Below the pieces are notes generated by a model. It did no database searches and was not told where the DNA came from. It saw only the letters and a program-made list of their open reading frames with translations. The position numbers were made by a program, and so were the translations under genes. A stretch of 63,259 nt of DNA, filler included, from Octopus bimaculoides (taxonomy: Eukaryota): the NCBI RefSeq assembly GCF_001194135.2. It is 6 parts of 6 records of this genome, joined end to end, with 100 filler letters (N's around TTAATTAATTAA, not from the genome) between each part and the next. Parts side by side here need not be neighbours in the genome. Positions count along the whole stretch, not along the records: positions 12,856 to 19,629 come from NC_068991.1; positions 19,730 to 40,970 come from NC_068983.1; 4 more parts are not named here. One strand, given 5' to 3'. Each line of letters opens with the position of its first letter. Position 1 is the first letter of the stretch. Below, in pieces: positions 13,508-26,165 of this stretch.

Positions 13508-13965
13508 NNNNNNNNNNNNNNNNNNNNNNNNNNNNNNNNNNNNNNNNNNNNNNNNNNNNNNNNNNNNNNNNNNNNNNNNNNNNNNNNNNNNNNNNNNNNN
13601 NNNNNNNNNNNNNNNNNNNNNNNNNNNNNNNNNNNNNNNNNNNNNNNNNNNNNNNNNNNNNNNNNNNNNNNNNNNNNNNNNNNNNNNNNNNNNNNNNNNN
13701 NNNNNNNNNNNNNNNNNNNNNNNNNNNNNNNNNNNNNNNNNNNNNNNNNNNNNNNNNNNNNNNNNNNNNNNNNNNNNNNNNNNNNNNNNNNNNNNNNNNN
13801 NNNNNNNNNNNNNNNNNNNNNNNNNNNNNNNNNNNNNNNNNNNNNNNNNNNNNNNNNNNNNNNNNNNNNNNNNNNNNNNNNNNNNNNNNNNNNNNNNNNN
13901 NNNNNNNNNNNNNNNNNNNNNNNNNNNNNNNNNNNNNNNNNNNNNNNNNNNNNNNNNNNNNNNNN

Positions 13966-14031
<66 letters not shown>

Positions 14032-14334
14032 TACATGGAAAATGTGAGCAAGAGTGATAATGCGCTTAGGATTAGAAACCTGGAAAAGTACAAGACAAGT
14101 TATTACATCCGGTAAAGTACAGAACAAGAAAATTTTTAATTAAAATATTGCAGCTAAGGATAAAATTTCTAATTAAATATTTAAATTTAGAAAATATTAA
14201 CCTTTATTAAAACTAAAAAATGTATTACTAGTTATTACTTCTATTTTTTATTACTTGTTACTTCTATTAAAAATAAAAACTCAAAATATTTTTTGCACTT
14301 TACCCTAACCCTAACTCAATTCTCAGGGAGATTC

Positions 14335-14490
14335 AGCTGTCCTTTGAAATACAGGAACTGCTAATTTTCGCCAGTTGAGTGTACGGGAGCAAAGTGAAAG
14401 GAAGTGTCTCGCTCAAGGACACAACGCGCCGCAGAGAATCGAACTCACAGTTATAAGTCTGATACCCTAACCACTCAGCCACATGTCTTG
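14335..14490 (-). mobile_element. SINE family D head/body
   Basis: Reverse complement of tRNA head plus GTGTCCTTGAGCGAGACAC. Confidence 0.7.
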
Positions 14491-15255
14491 CCGATAGATA
14501 TAGACGCATACTTCGAAAACTTTACGAAGGATTCTCTGCTCGTTTACACAGCCTGCTAAAAATAGCAACCAGTTATTTTTGTTTCCAATTTCCCACATAT
14601 CGTAGGAAAGAACACATTAGCAAATGTTGCGATGGTCACGGCTAGCATGTCTTCTGATCATGGGTCTCCTATGTCTCCATGTCAGCGCTAACCTAGGGCT
14701 AAAACCTAGGGTTTCTGTTTTCTATTAAATAATACAGATAGTGAGAGAAAGGGGTGCTATCAACTTTTAAGTGTTTGTGTCACCGCACGATCATATGAAT
14801 AAGTTTATGTATGCATATATAGACACACAGACACACACACACGCACACACACATACATACACACGGCTATGCATGTATGTGTAATTATGTATGTGTATAT
14901 ATATCATATAGGGGAGTATGTGTGCGTGTGTATGAATGCTAGTTTCTATGTTTAGATACGCATGTGATTGTACTTGTGTGCAAAAGTCTTTTAGTAAAAT
15001 CTGCATAAGCATTCGATCTTCTCAAGTAAGTAATGTAGCCAAAGACGATAACATGCACGATTGCACTTTTCCATAGACACTTTTATTCCGCTGCACATTT
15101 GCCGTTTGCATGCAATAACGAACATGTGAGCATGTATGCACCGTTTTATGCATCGGTGCAAAAATTAAGCAATAAAGACACCTTATAATGATTTCAACAT
15201 TACATGAGCAGAACATGTATTGCATATTATCACACGGTTCACCATACACTTTTAC

Positions 15256-15414
15256 GTATTGCCCATAATAATATTATTTATGTTTATGTATTCATATTGT
15301 ATATTCGGGCGTGGTAAACACAGTGGCAGCGACGGTGTGAGCGATGACGCCGAGGCCGGAGCCGACGTCAGGGCCGTGGATGTCGTTTTATCGCCTGCTG
15401 TAGCCGTCGTGCTC
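15256..15414 (-). CDS. Candidate symmetric (phase 2-2) Ser/Thr-rich exon
   Basis: Acceptor TAGTTTGCAG|G, donor AC|GTAAAA, 159 nt = 53 codons, open: STTATAGDKTTSTALTSAPASASSLTPSLPLCLPRPNIQYEYININNIIMGNT; locally GC/CpG-rich. Confidence 0.5.
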
Positions 15415-16423
15415 CTGCAAACTAGATGTGACATGTTATATGATGTGGTTTGGTATGGTATTGTATGATGGNNNNNNNNNNNNNNNNNNNNNNNNNNNNN
15501 NNNNNNNNNNNNNNNNNNNNNNNNNNNNNNNNNNNNNNNNNNNNNNNNNNNNNNNNNNNNNNNNNNNNNNNNNNNNNNNNNNNNNNNNNNNNNNNNNNNN
15601 NNNNNNNNNNNNNNNNNNNNNNNNNNNNNNNNNNNNNNNNNNNNNNNNNNNNNNNNNNNNNNNNNNNNNNNNNNNNNNNNNNNNNNNNNNNNNNNNNNNN
15701 NNNNNNNNNNNNNNNNNNNNNNNNNNNNNNNNNNNNNNNNNNNNNNNNNNNNNNNNNNNNNNNNNNNNNNNNNNNNNNNNNNNNNNNNNNNNNNNNNNNN
15801 NNNNNNNNNNNNNNNNNNNNNNNNNNNNNNNNNNNNNNNNNNNNNNNNNNNNNNNNNNNNNNNNNNNNNNNNNNNNNNNNNNNNNNNNNNNNNNNNNNNN
15901 NNNNNNNNNNNNNNNNNNNNNNNNNNNNNNNNNNNNNNNNNNNNNNNNNNNNNNNNNNNNNNNNNNNNNNNNNNNNNNNNNNNNNNNNNNNNNNNNNNNN
16001 NNNNNNNNNNNNNNNNNNNNNNNNNNNNNNNNNNNNNNNNNNNNNNNNNNNNNNNNNNNNNNNNNNNNNNNNNNNNNNNNNNNNNNNNNNNNNNNNNNNN
16101 NNNNNNNNNNNNNNNNNNNNNNNNNNNNNNNNNNNNNNNNNNNNNNNNNNNNNNNNNNNNNNNNNNNNNNNNNNNNNNNNNNNNNNNNNNNNNNNNNNNN
16201 NNNNNNNNNNNNNNNNNNNNNNNNNNNNNNNNNNNNNNNNNNNNNNNNNNNNNNNNNNNNNNNNNNNNNNNNNNNNNNNNNNNNNNNNNNNNNNNNNNNN
16301 NNNNNNNNNNNNNNNNNNNNNNNNNNNNNNNNNNNAGTGACAAAGGGAGGAAGAAAAGAAAAAGAAAGAAAGAACCAAAGCACAGGTGTCCATGGCAGAC
16401 TATGTTATTTTGCCAACATGGTT

Positions 16424-16475
<52 letters not shown>

Positions 16476-16814
16476 CATGTACACACGTATATTTACATGT
16501 GCTTATATATATATGTGTGAGTATATACATATATATACATGTACAGGATGGGTATGTTGGGGATAATCGGTTAGCCGATTTATTAGGAAAATAAGAGATG
16601 TTGGTTCAAGTCCCACACGTACTAATACCCGTTTTATTTTTCAAAGCGGTGACCCAGCATAGCCGTACTCTAATGATTGAAACAAGTAAAAGATACAAGA
16701 TATACATCCATACACAGACGGACAGACGGACCATAGGTAGATGGTTGGATAGATAGATTGATACTTAGATTGCTTATACACAGATAGATAGTTAAAAAAG
16801 TTAACTTTTCGAGT

Positions 16815-17047
16815 CATGCCGAGTCACAGGGGCCATTTTCCTAGTTTCTATGGCGTATATATTTCCTCACCTGGACGGACGCCGGTCCGTCGCAGGATTA
16901 GTTCTTTTTTCCAACCCAGTAGTCCGGGGCATCGTGAAATTAAGTGTTTTGCTCAAGAATACAACGCGTCACCCTGTCTAGGAATCGAAGCCACAACCTT
17001 ACAATGATGAGTTCAACACGTCTAACCACTAAACAACGCAGTTCCAT
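16815..17047 (-). mobile_element. SINE family F
   Basis: Minus-strand tRNA head TTTAGTGGTTAG...GCTTCGATTCC followed by TTCTTGAGCAAAACACTT. Confidence 0.7.
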
Positions 17048-17080
17048 GGATAGATTGTTAGATAATACCTAATAGATAGG

Positions 17081-17147
<67 letters not shown>

Positions 17148-17164
17148 TGAGAGAGAGAAATACA

Positions 17165-17716
17165 TACATAATGAGTCAAAAAGTAATGCCGTTTTGTTTA
17201 GGATAGGTATAATTACCAACACAGNNNNNNNNNNNNNNNNNNNNNNNNNNNNNNNNNNNNNNNNNNNNNNNNNNNNNNNNNNNNNNNNNNNNNNNNNNNN
17301 NNNNNNNNNNNNNNNNNNNNNNNNNNNNNNNNNNNNNNNNNNNNNNNNNNNNNNNACTATTCTTTGTGCCACTTCTTCACTACAGTTTTCACTTCCCCGT
17401 CACTGAAATAAATATTTCCCTCTCAAACCCTCTTTCGTGGCACCGAAGAGATGATAGTCCGAAGGCGCTAAATCTGGTGCGTGTGGAGGTAGTGAAGAAG
17501 TGGCTCAAAGAACGGTCAACAGAATTTTACGGGGCAGGGATACATGCTCTCATTCGAAGGTGGAACATTGCTATTGAGAGAAACAGTGACTATGTTGAGA
17601 AGTAGGGATGTGATCCACAGAGGACCAGTTTCATTTTGATGTATATAACATGTTCCTGTGTTGGTAATAATATCTGTCCTAAACATAATGGCCTTACTTT
17701 TTGACTCACCATCGTA
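17165..17716 (+). mobile_element. Internally deleted mariner transposon
   Basis: TIRs TAcataaTGAGTCAAAAAGTAATGCC / GGCCTTACTTTTTGACTCACCATCGTA; transposase C-terminus EVVKKWLKERSTEFYGAGIHALIRRWNIAIERNSDYVEK*. Confidence 0.9.
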
Positions 17717-17727
17717 CTACAAAGTCA

Positions 17728-17975
17728 TCTATCTATCTATCTATCTTATTTCTTTATTGCCCACAAGTGGCCAAACATACAGGGGACAAACAAGGATAGA
17801 CAAAGAAATTAAGTCGATTATATTGACCCCAGTGCGTAACTAGTAGTTTATTTATCGACCCCGAAAGGATGAAAGGCAAAGTCGACCTCGGCGGAATTTG
17901 AACTCGGAACGTAACGGCAGACGAAATACCGCAAAGCATTTCGCCCGGCGTACTAGCGTCTCTGCCAGCTCGTCG
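17728..17975 (-). mobile_element. SINE family B
   Basis: Near-consensus core TCGACCCCGAAAGGATGAAAGGCAAAGTCGACCTCGGCGGAATTTGAACTC. Confidence 0.9.
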
Positions 17976-17980
17976 CCTTC

Positions 17981-18031
<51 letters not shown>

Positions 18032-18739
18032 AGTCTGTCTGTCTGTCTATCTATCAATCTATTTATATATCTTTATATCTATCTATCTATTTGTCTTTCC
18101 ATCTATCAGTTCATCGATCAACTTAAATATCTACCTATTTTAATATCTTCCATATCCATAGACCTTTTATATATTCATAATCCCTTACAAGCATGAACCT
18201 TGAAAACGTTTATATCCATAAATCTATCAGGGAAAATAAACCTCTTCATACATACTTGTACTCTTTCTGTTCATTTTATTGTAGATTGTTTATGTTGTTA
18301 TATTTTATTTCATTCTCCTCTTTACCACCTTAAACTTCTCTACTAACGGCGTCACTCTATTATCTTACTATAATATGGAAATATATGTGTNNNNNNNNNN
18401 GTGTGTGTGTATGTGTGTGTGTGTGTGCGTGCGTATTTGTATATGTATATGAATGTACGTGTGCGTGTATATATACATTTATACACATATATAAAGAGAT
18501 GCTTTTATATACATATACATCTAGCTTTTATATACATATACATCTACTGCATACGCATATACGCATAGATGTGCATATGTATATATTTATGTGTGTGTCT
18601 GTGAGCGCGCATGTGTGTGCATGTGTGCATGTGTGTATATGTAGGTGTATGTGAGTAAATACAGACAAACACGCATAAATACATCAACACACATAGACAT
18701 GTATAAGGCAGACAGACTAACTGATAGATAGATAGATAA

Positions 18740-18795
<56 letters not shown>

Positions 18796-18815
18796 ATGGA
18801 TAGAGAGAGAGAGAA

Positions 18816-18870
<55 letters not shown>

Positions 18871-19087
18871 TTCATATATATGCAACCTTCGTTTAATATA
18901 TAAAATATATATACACCTACGTAATTGTATTCATAAATATATATATATATACACATGTATACAGGGCATGGGTGAGAAACAGATACATGCAAATATATCA
19001 GCTTGACAAATGTAACGTCGACAACACTCGTACTCAAACACATATACACATATACTCACATAAACATACACTCAAACACAGAAATAC

Positions 19088-19167
19088 ATTACACATATAC
19101 GCATGCACACAAACAAACAGTTAAACACGACTTGCACCGCCATAGGAGACAACAACCAACACTTATT
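19088..19167 (-). CDS. Possible first coding exon (signal-peptide-like)
   Basis: Acceptor CTATCTCTGCAG|, ATG at 19143 giving MAVQVVFNCLFVCMRICVM; phase-2 donor AT|GTATTT is compatible with the 15414 exon; donor choice uncertain. Confidence 0.25.
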
Positions 19168-19314
19168 CTGCAGAGATAGCGTTATAAAAGACAGACGAAA
19201 CAGACCCCAAACAGTGCCGGTTATTTAGTAAATGCATGATTTATAAAACCTGCTTGAGAAGTGCAGCGTTCATCTAATTGCTGCTATTCACATTTATACA
19301 ATAGGCTTAGTTTA

Positions 19315-19338
19315 AAGATGGCGTGTCAAGATGGCGGC
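19315..19338 (+). promoter_or_regulatory. Tandem YY1-type motifs, probable TSS-proximal region
   Basis: AAGATGGCG at 19315 and CAAGATGGCGGC at 19327 in unique, CpG-containing sequence. Confidence 0.5.
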
Positions 19339-19729
19339 GGTAATATTATCGAGGAGAAGAATGAGGAGGAGGAGAGAGAGTAGGGAAATTAAGAGAGGTG
19401 ATATAGCAATGGAAAAGGAAGAGGAGCAAAAGGGTTTTCGACTTTTGTAGCATCGATTTTTATTTTATTTTATTTTATTTTATTTACATTTTATTTGTCT
19501 GTTGGTCGGCGGTGTATTTTGCTCGTTTGTTTGTTTGTTTTGCTTTTTGTTTTGTTTGTATTTTTGAATTTTTGGATTTATTTCTTCCCCGTTGGAAAAT
19601 GTCGATATTGATGATGATAATGAAGAAGANNNNNNNNNNNNNNNNNNNNNNNNNNNNNNNNNNNNNNNNNNNNTTAATTAATTAANNNNNNNNNNNNNNN
19701 NNNNNNNNNNNNNNNNNNNNNNNNNNNNN

Positions 19730-19800
<71 letters not shown>

Positions 19801-19889
19801 TATATATACACATACACACATGTATATACACATGCATAAATATATATTTGTGTATATATGTGTATTTAAATTTATATATATATATATAT

Positions 19890-20090
19890 ATTTATATAGT
19901 TGAAATTTATAGAAAAACAAATGATGAAGACAGGTGTATGAACAACAAGCAGGTGTATTAGTTTGGCATTCGGGAAAGTGAGAAAGTCTTTTACGTTTGG
20001 AGCCGACGCTCTTCAAGAGAAAGGAATAAGAGAAAATAGAGAGAGAATAACAGAAAAACTTGTAGATGTAGCGGTCAAGCATGGTGAATG
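19890..20090 (-). mobile_element. Probable Penelope-related terminal repeat with decayed hammerhead core
   Basis: Minus strand CTCTTGAA-GAGC-GTCG-GCTC-CAAAC: stem II intact, catalytic core mutated. Confidence 0.4.
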
Positions 20091-21139
20091 ATTAGAAAAA
20101 GAAGTTTGAAAGAAGTGTTTGAAAGAAAGGGAGGTAATAAAGTGCTGGTGATCTCAAATGAAGGTGCGTGTGTTTGTGTGTGTATGTGAGAATGGTGTGT
20201 GAATATGTAAGTGTGTGTGTGTGAATAGGGGCTAGTGACTCTGATGTGTGTGAGTATGTGTGTGTGCAAGTATGTCTGTAATGTGTGTGTGCATGTGTTG
20301 TCTGTAGCAGTTGAGGTATGCTTTTTCACATGGTGTGTGTACATGTGTGTGTGTTTGTGACCAAAGTGTGCATGTGTATGGTGTATGTATGTGGGCATAA
20401 ATTAACTTTGACCATGTATGTAACATGTGTTAATGCTTGTTGCATGTGTATGTATATATAGCCTGTGTTAAGGTGTTATGTGCTTGTGTGGGTGTGGGAG
20501 TGTGTGTGGTGGTTTGTGGTGTGTGGACTGAGTTACACAGCATGTGTGGCTGCTTATATAGTAGTATATGTTGTGACACTATTGAAGATTGTGTGTGGGT
20601 GGGTGTGTGGATGATGGTGTGGTGTGGGTGGGTGGGTGGATGATAGTGTGGTGTGGCTGCTGGGAAGTGGTCAGTGCTAGTGTGAGTGGAGTGGTGTGGT
20701 GTGGTGTGGTGCTGTGCCTGTTGAAAATGCATGTGTACCTATGCAAAGGTGTGAAGTGTTTATCTATTCACTTAAGGAATATCCTGCCTACAGACGTTTT
20801 TATGTTATGTATGTGTGTGTGTATATACATATATACAATTCACAAGAAAAAATAATTCTCGAAAATTTAATTCACTGGTGGTTGTAGCTGATTTCGGTGC
20901 AAAACGAATCAGTTGTAGCGCAGACGTCAGTACGATCGGTTGGGGTCTCTATCATGATAACATGTGCTGAAGAAACTAAGGCAATGTTTTGCCAGTGCAG
21001 AAACTGGTCCACATGAGTCCATATACTTCAATGTACGTTAGGCGATTTTATTAACCTGATCTGCTTTCAGTTGATTTCTGTAGTTATCATCAGTGTATTT
21101 TGGTGATTTAAATAAGAGTTTGACTGTTATTTCCAGCAG

Positions 21140-21317
21140 GTAGACATACTTAGTATGTCTACCAACCACATGGTTCTGAATTCAGTCCCACTGCGTGGCA
21201 CCTTGGGCAAGTGTCTTCTACTATAGCCTCAGGCCAACCAAAGCCTTGTGAGTGGATTAGGTAGACGGAAACTGAAAGAAGCTCATCGTATATATGTATG
21301 TATATATATATGTATGT

Positions 21318-21354
<37 letters not shown>

Positions 21355-21552
21355 TGTTGCTGTGTTTTTCCCTCCAACATCACTTGACAATCAATGCTCA
21401 TGTATTTACATCCCTGTAACTTAGCGGTTCGGCAAAAGTGACCGATAAAATAAGTACTAGGCTTACAAAGAATAAGTCCTGGGGTTGATTTACTCGACTA
21501 AAGGTGGTGCTTCAGCATGGCCACAGTCAAATGACTGAAACAAGTAAAAGAG
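21140..21552 (+). mobile_element. SINE family A
   Basis: Matches 7381-7794. Confidence 0.9.
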
Positions 21553-21556
21553 TATG

Positions 21557-21588
<32 letters not shown>

Positions 21589-22147
21589 TATATATATATG
21601 GATGTATGTATGTATATATATCTATATATATATATATACACACACATAAATATATATGTGTATGTGTGTGTGNNNNNNNNNNNNNNNNNNNNNNNNNNNN
21701 NNNNNNNNNNNNNNNNNNNNNNNNNNNNNNNNNNNNNNNNNNNNNNNNNNNNNNNNNNNNNNNNNNNNNNNNNNNNNNNNNNNNNNNNNNNNNNNNNNNN
21801 NNNNNNNNNNNNNNNNNNNNNNNNNNNNNNNNNNNNNNNNNNNNNNNNNNNNNNNNNNNNNNNNNNNNNNNNNNNNNNNNNNNNNNNNNNNNNNNNNNNN
21901 NNNNNNNNNNNNNNNNNNNNNNNNNNNNNNNNNNNNNNNNNNNNNNNNNNNNNNNNNNNNNNNNNNNNNNNNNNNNNNNNNNNNNNNNNNNNNNNNNNNN
22001 NNNNNNNNNNNNNNNNNNNNNNNNNNNNNNNNNNNNNNNNNNNNNNNNNNNNNNNNNNNNNNNNNNNNNNNNNNNNNNNNNNNNNNNNNNNNNNNNNNNA
22101 TATATATATATATATATATATATAAATTATATATTATATATATATAT

Positions 22148-22837
22148 CGAAACGCCAGTGTTGAATGGTGGCAGCTGATGAAGGAGATGTTCTCTGTGGC
22201 CTGTGTGTTTTCTGTACTTGTTTATCATTTTATCTACGTTTTGTTTGCAATTTCCTGTACCCAGATATGCATCTATATTTACAGGTAGATGTAAGTATGT
22301 ACATACATGTACATATACATGTATGTCGTGTTTCTGTTTTTACACTCACCATCCATACAGCTTATTTTGTAGACTACATTTCTGGCTTTGCAGTTGGCAC
22401 CAAGACTATTTTTGCACACAATGCAACTCTCCTCAACACACCTTGTTCTTCTGAAGGGATATGTTTTACATATTATTGATCTAATTGATCTCCCTGGTTT
22501 TTCTATAACATTTATCCTCAACTTGGTACTTTTGAGGATTTTTCGAAATCTGCGGGCCAGTTCTCCGTGTGCGTGGCGTCCACAAACATTACTCCCTGGA
22601 ACTTGTCGGTATTGTACCACGTGGTCTTTTTGTTTGTTTTGTCACTAATCCTTTGTAGTCTATTCCACTGTCTGTTATGGTATCTAGGTTGTAAACGAAC
22701 ATTGGAGGGACTATAATAATCAAAAACAAACCTCGGTGCTCTACCAACATGCCAAAGAACAACATGGTGGTGTACTGGACAGAATTAGCATAGAAATCCT
22801 GTCTAGACACCCCGGTGATGCACCGTTGCGACAAATA
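22148..22837. mobile_element. Penelope-like element remnant (GIY-YIG region) with internal inversion
   Basis: Minus 22694-22321: LQPRYHNRQWNR...WYNTDKFQGVMFVDAT/GELARRFRKILKS...CVEESCIVC...NCKARNVVYKISCMDGEC. Plus from 22691: VNEHWRDYNNQKQTSVLYQHAKEQH...LRQI. Confidence 0.8.
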
Positions 22838-23276
22838 NNNNNNNNNNNNNNNNNNNNNNNNNNNNNNNNNNNNNNNNNNNNNNNNNNNNNNNNNNNNNNN
22901 NNNNNNNNNNNNNNNNNNNNNNNNNNNNNNNNNNNNNNNNNNNNNNNNNNNNNNNNNNNNNNNNNNNNNNNNNNNNNNNNNNNNNNNNNNNNNNNNNNNN
23001 NNNNNNNNNNNNNNNNNNNNNNNNNNNNNNNNNNNNNNNNNNNNNNNNNNNNNNNNNNNNNNNNNNNNNNNNNNNNNNNNNNNNNNNNNNNNNNNNNNNN
23101 NNNNNNNNNNNNNNNNNNNNNNNNNNNNNNNNNNNNNNNNNNNNNNNNNNNNNNNNNNNNNNNNNNNNNNNNNNNNNNNNNNNNNNNNNNNNNNNNNNNN
23201 NNNNNNNNNNNNNNNNNNNNNNNNNNNNNNNNNNNNNNNNNNNNNNNNNNNNNNNNNNNNNNNNNNNNNNNNNNNN

Positions 23277-23321
<45 letters not shown>

Positions 23322-23459
23322 CATATGTATGTATGTATATGTATATATATTGTATTCATAATACATAGAATTTACCTGGATATGTATACGTGAATGTGTG
23401 CATGTATGTGTGGATACATATACATATATATATATATATATGCATATATATATATATGC

Positions 23460-23541
<82 letters not shown>

Positions 23542-24888
23542 GTGTGTGTGTATTTATAGATAGATAGATTACATCATCTTCATTATCAGTTGACAGCCAT
23601 ATTACCAATAATGGCCAACAAGGGATGATTACATTTTTTGACAAAGGACCAAGATATCTGGTGCCTTGCTGAACTCAAGAAGACCTGTCTGCTACTGCAG
23701 ATTTGATGCTGATGCTGGTCCATAGAAAGATCACTGGTGCTGGTGCAACGTTAAAAGCACTGGTGCTGGCGCCACATAAAAAGCTCTGGTCAAACCATCC
23801 AACCCATGCCAGTATGGAAAACAGACGTTGAATGATGATGATGATGATTTCATGCTGACATAAGTAGGATGTTTTGACTGGATCCAATGGATCTAACAAC
23901 CACATTGTGCTCTAATATTTGCTTTGATATGGTTTCTATAGTTGGTTGCCTTTCATAAAGTCGACCACTCTACAACATGAATTGAATGCTTTTACCATTC
24001 TACCAGCACTATTGAGGGAGAGGCAGGGACAGCTTTATTCAAGTGGATGATAAGTGTTAGGGTATAAGAGGAGGAGGGGGAGGAGTGACAAGATAGTAAT
24101 CATACAGCCAACAGGCAAAGGGGGTCAACAGTGACAGAGATGATAAGATGGTATTAGGCTGCAGGAGCAAGGTGGGGAGGTAGGCATGGTATAGGATGTG
24201 AGGTAATTTGGTTTGTGGGTGAGAGTGTGTGTGTATATAGATTTATCATCATCATAATCATCTTCATTTAACATCCATTTTCCTAGCTAGCATGGGTTGA
24301 ATAGGTTGACAGAAGCTTGCAAGCTGAAGAACTTCCTGGGCTCCATATCTGTTTTGACATGGCTTCTACATCTGATTTCGTGTCATGGTTTCATGTCTGA
24401 TTCTATGATGGTAACATTGTCCACATATGCCAAGATGCATCTTGCACATCCTAGTTCACAAGCAGGGACAACCTTGATGGATCAAGTACATAATACCAAA
24501 TGGTTCCTATTGGTGATTATTCATCCTAAGTACTGAGCAGATGTTGCTGTATATTGGTTCCTTGAAGATGGGCCAAATCGTGAGATCCAGAACTTTCCAA
24601 AACAACAACATTCTGTCTGCCAATGCCAGTCACCTTGGAGATAAGTAGCTCTTCTTTCCACCAAAAATGGGCATGAAAGCTCATGGCTTAGAAATTCTGC
24701 TCTCACTAACAACCACCACATCTATATTTAGTGACCAGAAGTACTGCTTCCAAGATGACCTCAGATATTTACATTCCTATTCTGTATAAGGCCATGTTCA
24801 ACAAAAAAAGAAAAATGTAAATGAGAAAAAAACCTACTTACAATAATTCTGTAATGCGAGGACAGGTGTTCTGTTCTTCTAGTTACAT

Positions 24889-24975
24889 GATAATATTTAC
24901 TCTTATATCTCCTTAGTTTTTTGATAATATTTACTCTTATATCTCTTTAGTCTTTTGATAATATTTACTCTTATC
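24889..24975. repeat. 34-bp tandem repeat (2.5 copies)
   Basis: GATAATATTTACTCTTAT at 24889, 24923 and 24957. Confidence 0.9.
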
Positions 24976-25143
24976 GGTGAAATGCTTTCATCTGTCTTTT
25001 TGTTCTGAGTTCAAATTCCGCTAAGGTTGACTTTGCCTTTCATTCTTTTGGGGTTAATGAATTAAGTACCAGTTGTGTTGGGGTCAATCTAATCGACTGG
25101 TCCCCTCCCACAAAATTTCAGGCCTTGTGCCCAGAGTAGAAAA
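24976..25143 (+). mobile_element. 5'-truncated SINE B
   Basis: Family B core and tail ...GTGCCCAGAGTAGAAAA. Confidence 0.85.
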
Positions 25144-25662
25144 TATTAGGTTGAGGAAAAAGTTCGTGCGCTGTGTTAAAACAATGCTTTTATATATTTT
25201 TTTGTGGTGTGTGTGTTCATTCAGTTCATGTCATGTTCAATGGTGACTCACTGTGTTCGTCAAAAATGCGCTTTGTTTCAACAAGACAATGCAAAGCCGC
25301 ATACCACCAGAAAGACCAGCAATAAGATTGATGAATTGGACGGTGTGGAAGTTCTGCCACATCCAGCCTATAGTTCAGACATTGCTCCATCTGACCATGG
25401 TCTCTTCCGATCAATGCAGCACTTTCTGAAAGGTCGCCGATTTGAGTCATTCAATGCAGTTGAAGAAGCCTGTCAAGAAATTTTCAATTCAAAGCCGAAA
25501 GATTTGGACTTTGACCAAATCCGAAAGCTTGCAGATCATTGGCAGAAGGTCATGGAAAATGATGGTCTTTATTTTGAAGAATAGTTGTTGTCTTTGAGTA
25601 AATTATTGCATAAAGAAATCCTTATTTTAACAAAGCACACAAACTTTTTCCTCAATCTAGTA
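25144..25662 (+). mobile_element. Internally deleted mariner transposon with TA TSD
   Basis: TIRs TA-TTAGGTTGAGGAAAAAGTT / AACTTTTTCCTCAATCTAG-TA. ORF 25204-25584 contains FQQDNAKPH and HPAYSSDIAPSDHGLF (mariner YSPDLAPxD motif, D,D34D spacing). Confidence 0.95.
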
Positions 25663-25779
25663 ATATTTACTCTTACATCTCTAACTCTTTCAGGATATTT
25701 ATTGTTAATTATATGTACTTTGTGGGGGAGAGGGAGGGTTTGTGATTTTTATGTGCATTTTTCATCTTTCATATTTTAC

Positions 25780-26165
25780 TTGTTTCAGTCATTAGACTGT
25801 GGCCATGCTGGGGCACCACCTTGAAGAACTTTTAGTTGAATGAATCAACCCTAGTACTTACTTTTTTCAGCTTGATATTTATTTTATCTGTCTCTTTTAC
25901 TGAACTGCTAAGTTACAATGAGGAAAACACACTAACACCAGTTGTTGAGCAGTGGCAGGGGACAAACAGACACAACACATACACATGCACACACACACAC
26001 ACATACAACAGGCTTCTGTCAGTCTTCATCTAACAAATCCACTCATAAGGCTTTGGTCGGCCTGAGGCTATGGTAAATGACCCTTGCCCAAGGTGTTGTG
26101 CAGTGGGACTGAACCTGGAATCAAGTGGCTGGGAGGCAAGCTTCTTACCCCACAGCCATGCCCAT
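25780..26165 (-). mobile_element. SINE family A
   Basis: Reverse complement of family A. Confidence 0.85.

Noticed and set aside
15252-16594. Long ORFs (200-410 aa) rich in X
   Set aside because: Artefacts of N gaps lacking stop codons; the same applies at 4.1-4.9, 5.3-5.9, 13.4-14.1, 21.5-23.4, 45.1-45.8, 52.2-53.0 and 61.0-61.6 kb.
22148-22190. GAAAC...CUGAUGA as a permuted (type II) hammerhead
   Set aside because: Stem I cannot be closed around any GUH; retained only as a Penelope-like terminal remnant.
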